A stretch of 63,965 bases of DNA, the filler included, from Collodictyon triciliatum (taxonomy: Eukaryota): assembly GCA_043381765.1 (NCBI GenBank). It is 6 parts of 6 records of this genome, joined end to end, with 100 filler letters (N's around TTAATTAATTAA, not from the genome) between each part and the next. Parts side by side here need not be neighbours in the genome. Positions count along the whole stretch, not along the records: positions 45,346 to 58,334 come from JBHJMP010000084.1; positions 58,435 to 61,897 come from JBHJMP010000091.1; positions 61,998 to 63,965 come from JBHJMP010000187.1; 3 more parts are not named here. The stretch is one strand, 5' to 3'. Below the pieces are notes generated by a model. That model was not told the DNA's origin. It was given only the letters and a program-made list of their open reading frames with translations, and did not search any database. Positions 50,713 to 63,783 of the stretch are shown piece after piece (position 1 is the stretch's first letter; each line of letters opens with the position of its first letter). Both the position numbers and the translations under genes were made by a program.

Positions 50713-53700
50713 CTATGACGATAAAGAATCCTTGAGGACCGACGCAGCCTGACCGATGTTGGCTGCACCGCCAATACCACCTTGAAGGTACTGGGATGGA
50801 ATGGCGGGTGGCACAGACCCCGCAGTCATACCGCTTGAAATACTGAAACCACTTGCCGATGTAAATCCTCCCGGTGTCGAATCACGCTGCCCCATAGTTG
50901 GCGGTCCAGCTGTAGTTCCTCGGCTTTGTGGCTGATAGCGAACCATGGGGGAACCGGAGCTTCCTCTTTGGTAAGTCGGTAGCGAATTGATGGGGCCGGA
51001 TGTCGCAATCGGGGCCGAGTTCGTGGTTGGGATTGAGACTGAGGAGATGGGCTGCTTTGGTACATTTGTTTGTTAAATAAGTAAATTTTTAAAAAATCGT
51101 GTTAAAAAAATCAAAGATTTCATTTTGTTGTATAGAGAAACGAAAAAAGTATATATTTTACAAGACCAAAATCCTCATCGGCATAATGCCGATTTTCTGA
51201 TGGGAATGAAAGTACCGGTTTTAGGCCACTGCTCAATGTATTTTCAAAAGAATTTATTCGACTGGAGTATTCATAGCTGGGGAGTCTAGATAACTCCTGC
51301 CTTGTTTTTTGGCTGTTGAGGTATGATATCACTAAATCGAATTGAGGAAATAAGTATCGAAACTTAATAAATTAATTGGATGAACTATCCAATAATACGA
51401 TTCATTTTAAAAAAAATCGCATTTGGGTGTGAAAGTAAACTCGTGAAGATAAATTTGGTTGGTAATGACACAAAGATAAAACTGATATGATAGGTAAATT
51501 ATCATCTTCCACAACCACAATATTTCTTCGATGGAAGATTAACGCATATTGATATGTCTTTGATATATCTGTTACGTAATTTCATGTCATTAGGAAAATA
51601 AATCATACTTTGTTCATTCTTTTCAATTATTTTCTTGTTTTCTTCGATTTTTTGCTCAAGTTCCTGTTTAGATAATGGAAGGATTCAAAGGACAATAGGC
51701 CAAAAGCTGTATGAAATATATCAAACTACAATGGACTGACAGTACCTTGACTCTTCCTTGTAACTGATCAATTTGTTTATCTTTCTCTTGCACACCAGAA
51801 CGAAGTGACAGTATTTCCTTTCATGAATCCATGATTCCATTAGATCGATAGCTTGAGTTATAGATTGAGGATGTTTGGATTGAGAAATACAATGAATTAC
51901 CTGACTCAATTGCGTCGAGATTTTTTGCCTTGATCCGATTTCATTTTCTTTTTTCATTATCACCTAAGCCATAACTTGGTGTTAGATAACAATCAAAACA
52001 TAAGTATACTACTTATTAAATTACTAGAAAAAAGTAGCGGAATAAGATATAGTATAGCTACTCTAGCAAATTTAAGGAATGTGATTACGTTGGTCAGTTC
52101 TTCAATTTTGCTTTTATACTTTATACATTTTCTTTGCAAGTGATCAATACCGACGTTTCCCTGTGGGTTCGTAAGGAAGGGGAAAAAGTCAAGTCGTAGA
52201 AAAAATATCGCAAAATGTATTGCTCTATATTTCATTGTATTGTATTATATTGTATTATATTGTATTATATTGTATTATATTGTATTATATTGTATTATAT
52301 TGTATTATATTGTATTATATTGTATTATATTGTATTATATNNNNNNNNNNNNNNNNNNNNNNNNNNNNNNNNNNNNNNNNNNNNNNNNNNNNNNNNNNNN
52401 NNNNNNNNNNNNNNNNNNNNNNNNNNNNNNNNNNNNNNNNATTTTATTTCATTTTATTTCATTTTATTTCATTTTATTTCATTTTATTTCATTTTATTTC
52501 ATTTTATTTCATTTTATTTCATTTTATTTCATTTTATTTTTTGGAATGTCATGGGCATAGATAATTACGCGCTCCATCTCGCTAGAAGCTTTTTGGAGTT
52601 GGTCTCGAAGTTCGTTTACTGAAATTTCATTTTGGGATAGCAACGCTTCCAAATTCCTCTGCGATATGTTATTGCCATGTTATAATTATATTAAATCGTG
52701 AGAAATTTTTCATCTGTAATTACCCTAACACAATAATAGTGCTGATAACTTTTCGCCAGAAAAAATGGAAAAGTGTTCTGTATTTGAATTTACATGCCTG
52801 CTCTCTTCTACTGGATTCAAGAAGCAATGTGGTTTTATCGATTACTTCTTCCTTTCCCTAATTTTTTTCCGTCAGAAGTGAATGAGGTATGATTTAATGG
52901 GTGAAAAGTATGCGAGTGATGCTCTTGGATGCTGGTCAAGTGATGGATACATTTCAAATATCGAGTATGTATTATTTTTTATTCCTTTATTCCTTTATTC
53001 CATTCAAAGTAAAATATCGGATGCATATCTGTGAATCTACCTTGAGTTGCTGTTCCATGGCGACAAGTCGAAATGCTTGTTGGCTAACTTCTTTCTCTCT
53101 TTCGATAAGATTGCCCTCTACCTCTCTCAATCGATCTCTTTATAAATACAGTTTCATTTTTAGAATTATTTTATTCGTGACAAATAAAAATTGTCGTCAG
53201 CCTTACGTTTTTTGTTTGTTTGTTTTGTTTTGTTTTGTTTTGTTTTTTTGGCTTCAGCGTATACCGCTTACATGATTACGTATGTGCGACATGATGAGAA
53301 AGTGGCACTAATTAAGATTTGTTTTATGCATTCTTTTTATGAAAAAAAAAAAACTTACTTCAGGCTACGAACCATGTCGGATTTGGAAGTTTGATCGACC
53401 CCTAGGTCTTGCAATCGCCCAGTTAAATCTGCTACTTTTCTTTCGAGTATGTCATTTGCTCGGGTTAGCTTGGATAAAGTTCCTTCCAAGTCTGATTTCT
53501 GGCTTGATAAGACTTGCATCTATGTTCGATATCCGAAATGTAATAGGCATGTATATATTGTATTATAGATTTTAGTAAAGCAGGACAAAAGGAAAAGTAA
53601 TCATGACTTTTCCAATCACGATAGGTGAGGTTAATAAAAAAAAAAATCAACCTGTATTGTATATTTTGATTCACAGTCTTTCATACTTTTGTCATATCTT

Positions 53701-55395
53701 TCCATTACACTTCGGACATCATCAGAATTTTGCCTCTTCAGGTCAGAGAGCATCTTTGTGTACAAGTTCAAAGTAAAATGAAATACAATTATATTATTGC
53801 AAATTTCATAAATGAAATTTATGGCATAGCCTGCACGCCATTGTGGCGGCGTGACTGCATAAATTGACAAGAAGGAGTAGTTATGAAATTTGATTATTTT
53901 GTCTATCGTCCCATCTAAAAGTATTATCTGTTTCAGTAAGACAAACTTGTGCATGTTCCGAAGACAACTTTGATGTTATTATTTTAATTTGCTGCTCCAG
54001 AGACCGGTTCTCATCTCTATATAAAGTATGAGGAGGTCTCCGAATAAGTAAAATGAAATTTGAATGTGGCTCTTGATAAATCTTTCAGTCAGATGAATAT
54101 ACTACGTCATATTGAGGAAACCGCGCATAGAATTTTAATTCAAAGCAAATTTAAGCAATAAAATGTTAATACATCTTGTGAATGGACAAGAGAAGTGCAT
54201 CAAATTCCTAATTCTTATATACGAAATCATATGAGAAAGAAATAAATTGTTATAACTTGTGTGCAATAAATTACTTTAACCGGGCAGATTCATCCTGGAA
54301 CGACTGTGTGTCAACTTGGTAACGATTTTTTAATTCATCAAGATTATTCCGTAGCAAGTGCAACTCTTCCTGCACAAAAACCACACATATGAATTCCTCT
54401 CGCATCAGTTAGAAAGACGAAATAGTCGGATATACACAAACACGCCATACTACTTGAATATGTACGATGAATATACCTGATACAGCTTTATGCGAGAGGC
54501 GAGGTGATTTTGGAGAACAGCGTCCCTGCCAGGTCGAAGTTTGAGTGTAAGATATGTCATTGTGCGAAAGTGATTCGTCGTCACGATTGAAAAATATGAT
54601 AAACTGGACTCCAGCTGCAATGTCGCACTACAAGGTTCAAGTTTCAAGAAAGAGACAGAAATGATGTTAGAGGTAGAGAATAAGAAAGACATAGTCGTAG
54701 ACGCAGATGTAGACGTAGACATAGACATAGACATAGACATAGGCATTGGTATATAGATATAGAACCACTAAAAAAATCTAAAATTTTGTTTTTTTTCCCT
54801 GGAAGATGTGATCTTGGCATGTTTTAAAACATTATTATCAGTTACATTCCCTAATAGATAATTTCAACAACAACAAACAAACAACATCAACAACATCAAC
54901 ATCAACATCAAAAAAAAAAAAGTATTTGTAAAAATACATAGCACCGTCAGATTAACGTTTTTAACTACAACGCGCGACTCACTATATGGAGTCCTCACGC
55001 AGGGCAGGCGCGTTGAGAGGGCGCTGGCTCTGAATGCTGGATACCAAGGCGGCATTGGCCAACGCTGAAGCAGGTGCCGCTGACGGCTGACGAGTGCGGG
55101 CATCGGACACGCAGCTGTTTACAAAGCTGATGAGGGCGTCGGGGAAGGCAGCATACTCGACGGCGAGTTGATGCTCCTGTTTGAGTTGGGAATACTCGTC
55201 CTCGGAGAGATCCAAGTAGTGGTAGAAGAGGGGATCGAGGTCGTCCGTGAGCTGCAGGCGAAGAGACAGCCGCGTGCTGGACGGGGCGCTCGAGAACCAG
55301 CCGACGTTGACTGTGAGGCTGCGCAGCTGTTCGCCTCGCTCGCTGCTTCTCACGCGCAGAGGAAGCTGCGTGGAGAATGGAAGGCTCGTGTCCAT
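50713..55395 (-). CDS. SASS6: Centriolar cartwheel protein SAS-6
   Basis: SAS-6 head LQLTDDLDPLFYHYLDLSEDEYSQLKQEHQLAVEYAAFPDALI and FSIVTTNHFRTMTYLTLKLRPG, followed by long coiled-coil exons and a disordered tail ending TAG. Confidence 0.92.
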
Positions 55396-56061
55396 CGGCT
55401 CGGCTCTTGTCTGCTGTGGATGGCGTGGCTCGAGGGCTTTGGGTCAAGTGTGCCACAGTCGGGTGCGAGTCTTTGTCGGGGTGGGTTGGGCGTGATTTGT
55501 CCTGGTTGGATTGGAACGGAGCATGGGCAAAATAGATCATATTTTGAATTTTTGAAGAAAAGTTATAGTTATTTCTGGAAATTATAATCAGTATGTATTT
55601 GAGTTACTCATTTAATTTACAATCCCAGTTACATATACCTTGTTGATAAAAGAATATTTATATGTCTGACAATATAACTAGTGTTCACTACCACCAGTTT
55701 GATTGCGTCACTTTGATTGGACGCAGCAACAGGTCACAGACAAACCACATATCGGCCACAGAACATACTGAAATAGCGATTGTTTATGAATTATCAAAGA
55801 ATACATCCAAAAATGGGCACACCAGCATCAAATTATGCGAAATTACGTCAGCACCGACACAACGCGTACCCATTTTATAAGCTGGGGCGGGGTAGAGTCA
55901 TCCTGTTCACGTAGTCTAGCGGAGGAGCACAGGCCCACTGGAATGCTCTGCACCAGACAACGCCACGCACGAACACAGACACAGACACACACCCACACAC
56001 CCACACGCCACTCACACTCACACTCACACTCACACGCCAGCCAGTCGCACCCGCAGCCAGA

Positions 56062-58101
56062 ATGTCGTCCGCCGAGTTCATCGAAATGACCAACCAACAC
56101 AGCGCACACAACTACCACCCTCTGCCCGTGGTGTGGGAGCGCGCCGAGGGCGTCTTTGCCTACGACCCCGAAGGGAAGAGGTAGCCTCCTGCTTTCTGCC
56201 TTCTGCCTTCTGCCTTGCTGCGGCAACCGCGCTGCGTCTGTCTCGCCCCTTCATGCCTTTTTTGCCATGCTCACACGGAAACCTCCCAACCCGCCTAGGT
56301 ACTTCGACTTCCTGGCTGCCTACTCGGCTGCGAACCAAGGTCTGTGGGCCCTGCGCTCGTCCCCTGTGGACATCACCCATACTCTACACAACCCGTGGCA
56401 GAGCCCTCTCTCAACGCTCCACCATTCTCTGCCCAGGTCACTGCCACCCAAAGATTGTCGGAGCCCTCATTGAGCAGGCCCAACGCTGCGACCTTTCCTC
56501 CCGCGCCTTCTACAACACAAACTTTGCCCGCTATGCCAAGTTTGTCACCGAATACTTCGGTACGTTGCCCTTCCCTCTAGAGACTCAGACATATCCTCTA
56601 TTTACCTTACCTCTCTCTTTTCTCTCTTTTCTCTCTTTTCTCTCTTTTCTCTCTTTTCTCTCTTTTCTCTCTTTTCTTTCTTTTCTCTCTTTTCTTTCTT
56701 TTCTTTATCTCTTTTCTTTCTTTTCTTTATCTCCTTTCTTTTCTGTCTTTTCCCATTTTATTTTCGTTATTTGTGCGCCAATGGTTCATGCGTCAAAATG
56801 TCCTGGCCGAATACTCATCCTCGCGGGTGGCTGAACCTCCAGGATATGAAATGGTTCTGCCCATGAACACTGGTGCCGAAGGAGTGGAGACTGCCATGAA
56901 GGTTGCCCGCCGCTGGGGCTACGACGTGGTATGATTCCAATGTCAATAGTATCTGTGTTCCTCTGGGTCTGCCGTCGTTTGAAAGTGCCTGACAAACTCC
57001 TCTCGCCTCTGCTCAAAACACCCTTCCCTCTGCCTCTTCCACTCCCCCCACAGAAAAAGATCCCCGATAACGAGGCTCTCATCGTCACTTGCGAAAATAA
57101 CTTCCACGGCCGCACAATCTCCATCATCACGTGCTCCACAGACCCAGACTGCAAACGGTACATCTTCATGGCGAGATTCTGCAGTCATCGTGCTGTTTTA
57201 CAATGTACATCCTCATTCCTTTCTGCTTTCTGTTCATTTACCAACTATCTCAACAGCGGTTTCGGCCCATATACACCCGGAATGCTGACGGTCCCTTATG
57301 ACGACGCCGATGCTCTGAAAGCTGTCTTTGAGGCTCACGGACCCAAGATCTGTGCCTTCCTGGTGGAGCCTATCCAAGGAGAGGCCGGGTGGGTTCCTCT
57401 TTATCTCGCCTCACTCAAATCCACTGCGTGCACCTTGTGTAAACACTTTTTTTTCACAAAGCCTCCATTCTCAAATATTTCGCTGTAGTATCTACATCCC
57501 CAAGGACGGTTACCTGAAGGCATGCTACGACCTCTGCAAGGAGCACAACGTCCTCTTTGTTGCTGATGAAGTCCAAACGGTATGTTACCTTCTAAATTAC
57601 TCATACATTCTGCATTTAGAATAGGGAGCAGATAGAAAGAGGAGTGAAAAATTTGAAGAGGCTTACCGAGTTTAAAGTGTACTGGTGGAGATGTGTCCTT
57701 TCCATTTTGATGTGTAATTGAAGCCGGGTTCTGACAATAGGGCTTGTGCCGCACTGGGCGTCTTCTTTGCATCCAATGGGAAAACATCCGCCCAGACGTT
57801 GTTATTCTTGGAAAGGCCCTTTCCGGCGGTGTCTACCCAGTGAGTGCCGTCCTTGCTGACAAGAGCGTCCTCGGCGTCATCAAGCCCGGTACAACTATTT
57901 TGTCTCTGCACCTTTTGCTGCTTGCTAAGATGGTTCGCCTGTTTCACATTATGCAAGGTAAAACTCCACCACAGGAAGCCCACTGAAACGAACGGTGATT
58001 TACTAGGTGAACACGGCAGCACATTCGGAGGCAACTCCATCGCCTGCGCCGTTGCCGTAGCCGCACTCGAGGTCCTCCGCGATGAGAAGCTCGCTGAACG
58101 C
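56062..58101 (+). CDS. OAT: Ornithine aminotransferase (class III PLP enzyme), 3' truncated by scaffold end
   Basis: [68 protein letters not shown] (PLP Lys) and EHGSTFGGN. Confidence 0.95.
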
Positions 58102-58249
58102 GTAAGATTTGCGCAAAAAACACCCTCACCCCCACCCTCACCCACGCCCACAAACCCGTCGCTCTTACTTTCTTTAACTACCCCAAACCCAAGACTTAAG
58201 TCGAGGGAGAGGAGGACAACCACACAAGATCGGAAATCCAAAGCACTGC

Positions 58250-58334
<85 letters not shown>

Positions 58335-58434
58335 NNNNNNNNNNNNNNNNNNNNNNNNNNNNNNNNNNNNNNNNNNNNTTAATTAATTAANNNNNNNNNN
58401 NNNNNNNNNNNNNNNNNNNNNNNNNNNNNNNNNN
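58335..58434. other. Artificial scaffold linker
   Basis: 44 N + TTAATTAATTAA + 44 N. Confidence 0.97.
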
Positions 58435-58940
58435 GAAGGGAGTGGGGGGGTGGAGGCGGGTGTGGTTTGGTTTTGTTTGTTTGTTTTTTATTTTTTTTTC
58501 TTTTTTTTTACAGCCATACATTGAGTTAGAAAGCATAAATACGAAAAGGTGTGATTTTATAACGAACCTTTTAGATTGCCGATATGTGTTTTGCTGATTT
58601 CTTGGGTCATTTATTTGTGACGTCTCTTTGTCGAATATGTATGAACTATTTTCAATCTCGCTCATAGCGGAAGCAGAGCGTCTAGATTGGTTGGTTATTA
58701 TAGTTATAATTATCATTATGGTTAAAAAAAAAAAAGAAACAGACAATAATTTGACATTATTATATTTTCTGAACTTAAAATTAATCCAACAGCAGAATAA
58801 ATTATCTTATAAGCTATAAAAGTATGGCTAGACATGCAGCCGATGAATGTTCCAAAAATAAGAAAGACATGACATATAAAAAAATAGCATCATTATGGCA
58901 ATTCTACATTAAGTAAAGAAAAGTGGCGGAACGAAATATC

Positions 58941-59697
58941 TTACAGATCTGTGGAACATCGGTCGTCTTCTGAGTGTGTGTGACTACGAACAGAATAGTA
59001 ATTTGTTACAGAAGCCGGTACCGGAATTGAAAGAGGATACGATGGTCTGGGAAGAACCAGCTACGAGAGGGAGAATGCATCAAAGAACTGATAGTCGTTT
59101 CGTTTTTCATACCCTAGCGAGATATGGACGTGGATAATCGAATATATATAAACTTGGGTTTGGAGTGTTTTAATTGTCTCATCCACTCGCAGATTAAGTA
59201 AATCAAGGTCTTTCTTGTCCGCTTTTTCTTCAAGGCTTTTCTTCAAAACCATCTGGTAATGTTGGAAAATTAAATGCAGAGGAAAGAAATATTACTTCAT
59301 ATAAATAGTATTAAAAAAATTCAGAGATATCCTGCTCGCATTAACCTTGTCAACTTTCATTGGGAGTAACAGTTGAACTCGGTCCCAATCTTTGTTTATT
59401 GTTTTCAATTCTGTTAGAATCCTTCCTAAAGATTCAATCCTATCATCTTGCTCATATACTTGCTGCATTATACGTTCCATCTCACTATGCCCAATCTGCA
59501 GAATTTTTTTTCTTTATTCAATCAGGGGGGGGGGGGGGGGGGGGGGTCCCTTTTTTTTTTTTTTACTTTTTTAAAAAAATTTTTTCCCCGAAATTTNNNN
59601 NNNNNNNNNNNNNNNNNNNNNNNNNNNNNNNNNNNNNNNNNNNNNNNNNNNNNNNNNNNNNNNNNNNNNNNNNNNNNNNNNNNNNNNNNNNNNNNNG

Positions 59698-59789
<92 letters not shown>

Positions 59790-61780
59790 GATGCTCCCCT
59801 CCACAAAATTATTATTTAAAAGTATTCATTATCATAATTGAATATTAAACAAACAAGAGGACTCACATGTAACGTGCTGGACTTTGTCTTGCTTGCATTT
59901 GATGTGGAGCGGCTTCTTGATTTGATCGATTCTGACCCCGAAGTTTCATCAGAAGTTTTTGTATTTTCCGTTTTTGTGATGCTTTGTACGGTATACAACA
60001 AATCATCTACATCCATAAAATTATGCCCCCCTATAATATATGTCAATCATAGTGATTAAAATCTAAAAAGATAAGAAATAGGTGGCAGACGGAGGAAAAT
60101 CTTATTCATTTCATGATATGAATATTATAAATCGAAAGTATATTCAAAAAGTGTATACCACGCAGTTCTTCAACTCTCCTTCTAGTTTCATCAAAAAGAC
60201 TAGAGTCCATCTTATGGTCAATTAATACCTTGAGAAAATCTACTTCGTCCTAAACATAATAGATGTGCATTAAGTATGCTTATGTATTTATTAAATTAAA
60301 TCTATCTAAAAATAGGTATATTCCTAAGAAATCTATCGAATTATTGCAACTCGTACAATATGCAAATAAATGAACGAGTGTTAAGCTCGAACTTGACAAC
60401 TACCTAATAACAATTGTTGGATATAATAGAAACAAAAAAAAAAGGATTATGAATTTCGATAAAAAAATAAACAAGACGACGGCGTTGAGTTACACATACT
60501 CTAAGCTGCTGTTTTGTGGCCCGGTCATCGACAAGTACTAGTCCAAACTCTTCAAATTTTGTTGTGAGTCTGTTCTCAACTTCTTCGATCGCTTTTCCGA
60601 ATGATTTCTCGATTATCTGGTATAGTTTTTTTTTTAGCTTTTTTTCGTTTCTTTTGGAAAGTAAAATTGAGGAAACAATTTTATGCCCTTATATTTAAAC
60701 GAACAGTGACACTGTTGACAAAGAATATGCTAAATATGTTTTGAATTATAACATGGATTATACTTCAACACGATCCGTGATGATATCAAATTGACGTTGT
60801 GTCTTTTCTGTAATCTCATACGATATTGATTGAATTCTTTCGTTCTTCTCTGTCTGCAGTCCATCTGTTAAGTCAGCTCTTAATCGGAATATCTGTAAAA
60901 AAAATAATCATAATCATAATTAAAAGTAAATCGGCGCTATGGAGGAAAAGGTCTGAAAAAAAAAAAAACAGAACAATTAAGAAAAGAAAAAATACCTGCT
61001 CCCTAATGTCAGCAATCGAATCTGAGTTTATTTTTTGTTGGGAAAACAAATCCATCATCTGTCTCGACATCCTGTCTAAGTCACGCTTAGATTCAGCGGA
61101 GTCAATCCCAAATACTCTTGTATGTTCTTGAAGTCCATTCAACTGAGCAGTCAACTATATATGTTGTTCAAAAAAGTAACGAAATTAGGTGTGTAAAAAA
61201 ATTAGCATGGATAGTATGAAAAGAATCTGATCTAAAATACTGGTGTTAAAGGAAATACTTCTTTTATTGACAAGTTGATTTGCCCAATTTTTTCATCTAC
61301 ATCGTTCATAACCAGTGCATAGATTGCTTGTGTATTAGCACTTTCTGCTGGTTCGTGAGTGGTTTGTTGACTTTGCTTGCCTTCTCCTTGCTGATATAAT
61401 AAATATCACAGAGTATTCTCTTTAAATTAAAAATGTCTGGATTTCTATACTATCTGTATAATTCGCAGAGTAAACCATTTGTGCAAATAGTTGTTAATAG
61501 CGGGAAAGTTCTTTTCTTTTCTCTTTTATATCTTTCTTTTTTTTATCTTTTTCTTTTTTCTTTTTTCTTTATTGTTAGTTTATTTATTTATTTTTGCACT
61601 CTTGCGTTGCTGGGTGAAAAATAGGATAAGCAATAAAAATTATAGAAATTTTATACATTGTCATTCTCCCTCGGACTGTGCGTGTAACTCAAACGACGGA
61701 GACTATTCAAATAATTAGTACATTTAAGTAGGGGGATATTGCTGCTGACACCTTGGTATTCGTCTGAACCACATAAGAAA
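58941..61780 (-). CDS. Unknown coiled-coil protein, 5' truncated
   Basis: Series of GT-AG exons encoding heptad-rich segments (LPMKVDK, SLEEKADKKDLDLLNLRVDE, DFLKVLIDHKMD). Terminal exon ends RCSTDL-TAA. Confidence 0.65.
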
Positions 61781-61897
61781 AGAATAAATGCATACATACA
61801 TACATACATACATACATACATACATACATACATACATACATACATACATACATACATACATACATACATACATACATACATACATACATACATACAT

Positions 61898-61997
61898 NNN
61901 NNNNNNNNNNNNNNNNNNNNNNNNNNNNNNNNNNNNNNNNNTTAATTAATTAANNNNNNNNNNNNNNNNNNNNNNNNNNNNNNNNNNNNNNNNNNNN
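61898..61997. other. Artificial scaffold linker
   Basis: 44 N + TTAATTAATTAA + 44 N. Confidence 0.97.
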
Positions 61998-62022
61998 TGC
62001 TTATATTCTAGTATTCTAGTCC

Positions 62023-62235
62023 ATTTGTCTTTATATTTGTCTTTATATTTGTCTTTATATTTGTCTTTATATTTGTCTTTATATTTGTCTTTATATTTGT
62101 CTTTATATTTGTCTTTATATTTGTGTTTACATTTGTGTTTACATTTGTGTTTACATTTGTGTTTACATTTGTGTTTACATTTGTGTTTACATTTGTGTTT
62201 ACATTTGTGTTTACATTTGTGTTTACATTTGTGTT
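62023..62235. repeat. 12-bp tandem repeat switching from ATTTGTCTTTAT to ATTTGTGTTTAC
   Basis: Direct reading; two homogeneous blocks of a 12-mer that differ at two positions. Confidence 0.9.
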
Positions 62236-62262
62236 TTCCGCTGACTACTCATGTACTACAAG

Positions 62263-63680
62263 GTTTGATACGTGAACTGGTGGACTCCCTTCTCCCTCCC
62301 GACCAGACGGCTGTATCTTCAAGGTCTGTCGCCGCTCTACTGGTCCACAACGCACACTTGCGATTTCAAGAGCAAGGTTAACGCTTTCCACAAAGAGGAA
62401 AAGGATACCAATAACTGCATAAATAGCATATTTCAATGATAACTAAAGTAAAACGAAATGAAAAATATTTGAACGTGACTTATTCAGTTATCTATTTATT
62501 TATTGTCTCTCGCTTTTGTTGTGAATAGGATTTCACCTCTCTCCATGTATGTTAATGGGTTTTATTTATAAATCAAGACAAGATATGTAATAAAATGCTA
62601 CATTGTTTTACTCATAAACGTGTTTTTAATTTATTGTGCCTTTGTGTGGGAATGCTTTTCAATAGATATTTTTTATACTCGCCAGGGGGCTGAAGTTGCC
62701 TCATCCCAGCTCCTCTCATATACATTTAATGGTAGCTAATTGCTCTTATATGCAAAATTATTCATTTGTTAATATTCTAAATTTAAAATGGTCATTCATT
62801 TACCTTGCATTATCCTTTCTTTTTTTATTTTTATCTTTACTTTTATCTTTATTTTATATCTTTATTTTATATCTTTATTTTATATCTTTATTTTATATCT
62901 TTATTTTATATCTTTATTTTATATCTTTATTTTATATCTTTATTTTNNNNNNNNNNNNNNNNNNNNNNNNNNNNNNNNNNNNNNNNNNNNNNNNNNNNNN
63001 NNNNNNNNNNNNNNNNNNNNNNNNNNNNNNNNNNNNNNNNNNNNNNATTTTTATCTTTATTTTATCTTTATTTTATCTTCTTTTTTTTATTCTTCCTTTC
63101 AACTTTTGTGCAGGACCGAGGGGGGGTTCTTTATTTTATCTTTATTTTATCTTTATTTTATCTTTATTTTTTATTTTTTATTTTTTATTTTTTATTTTTT
63201 ATTTTTTATTTTTTATTTTTTATTTTTTATTTTTTATTTTTTATTTTTTATTTTTTATTTTATAATCAAATCAACTGACTTTAATTTTGTTTTATGTCAC
63301 CCGAACCCTGAAGAAATAGCAAAAACCATCCAGTTTGTTGGTTGTTGCTTATCTCCCAATTTTTCCGATGTGATTTTTCAAATACACCAAATTTTGTTAA
63401 ATTCCACCATCCGGCCTGAGTCAAGTATGCATATCCTCTTTTCTGATTTTTGATTTTATTTGTTTGTCCTAGTCATTTCTAAATTTAATTTTGTTTAGAG
63501 TTATATACATGCTCATCGATTCATTCATGGATATCTATTCAATATGGGAAAATCAAAATCAAAACTTTAGAAATGAATGACGTATCTCCCAACTTTGAGG
63601 ATTCACTAAATGAGACACAACTTCAAAGTACTAATCTTCCTATGAGCAAAAAGAAATTTATTACGATGTCAGAGTCTTTG
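62263..63680 (+). CDS. Internal exons of an unknown protein (partial)
   Basis: AG/GT-bounded open exons such as GLIRELVDSLLPPDQ...RFQEQ and LYTCSSIHSWISIQYGKIKIK...SESL. Confidence 0.45.
63080..63127 (-). mobile_element. Ultra-short poly(A)-tailed insertion, copy 3 (long form, inside a microsatellite)
   Basis: CT8ATTCTTCCTTTCAACTTTTGTGCAGGACCGA-G7-T interrupts an (ATCTTTATTTT)n array. The flanking TCTTTATTTTATCTT repeats are compatible with a TSD but ambiguous. Confidence 0.7.
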
Positions 63681-63741
63681 GTTTGTTTATCTTTATAAAT
63701 GTCATTCACCACAACCACAATAGTTTCGGGTTTAGCCCACT

Positions 63742-63783
63742 GTCTTTTTTCATTTATTTATTCTTCCTTTCAATTTTGTGCGA
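63742..63783 (-). mobile_element. Ultra-short poly(A)-tailed insertion, copy 4, with 10-bp TSD
   Basis: Insert with a decayed T tract plus ATTCTTCCTTTCAATTTTGTGC, flanked by exact TTAGCCCACT repeats (63732-63741 and 63784-63793). Confidence 0.75.

Noticed and set aside
59525-59596. G run followed by homopolymer-rich sequence
   Set aside because: It lacks the element core and looks like low-quality base calls next to a gap.
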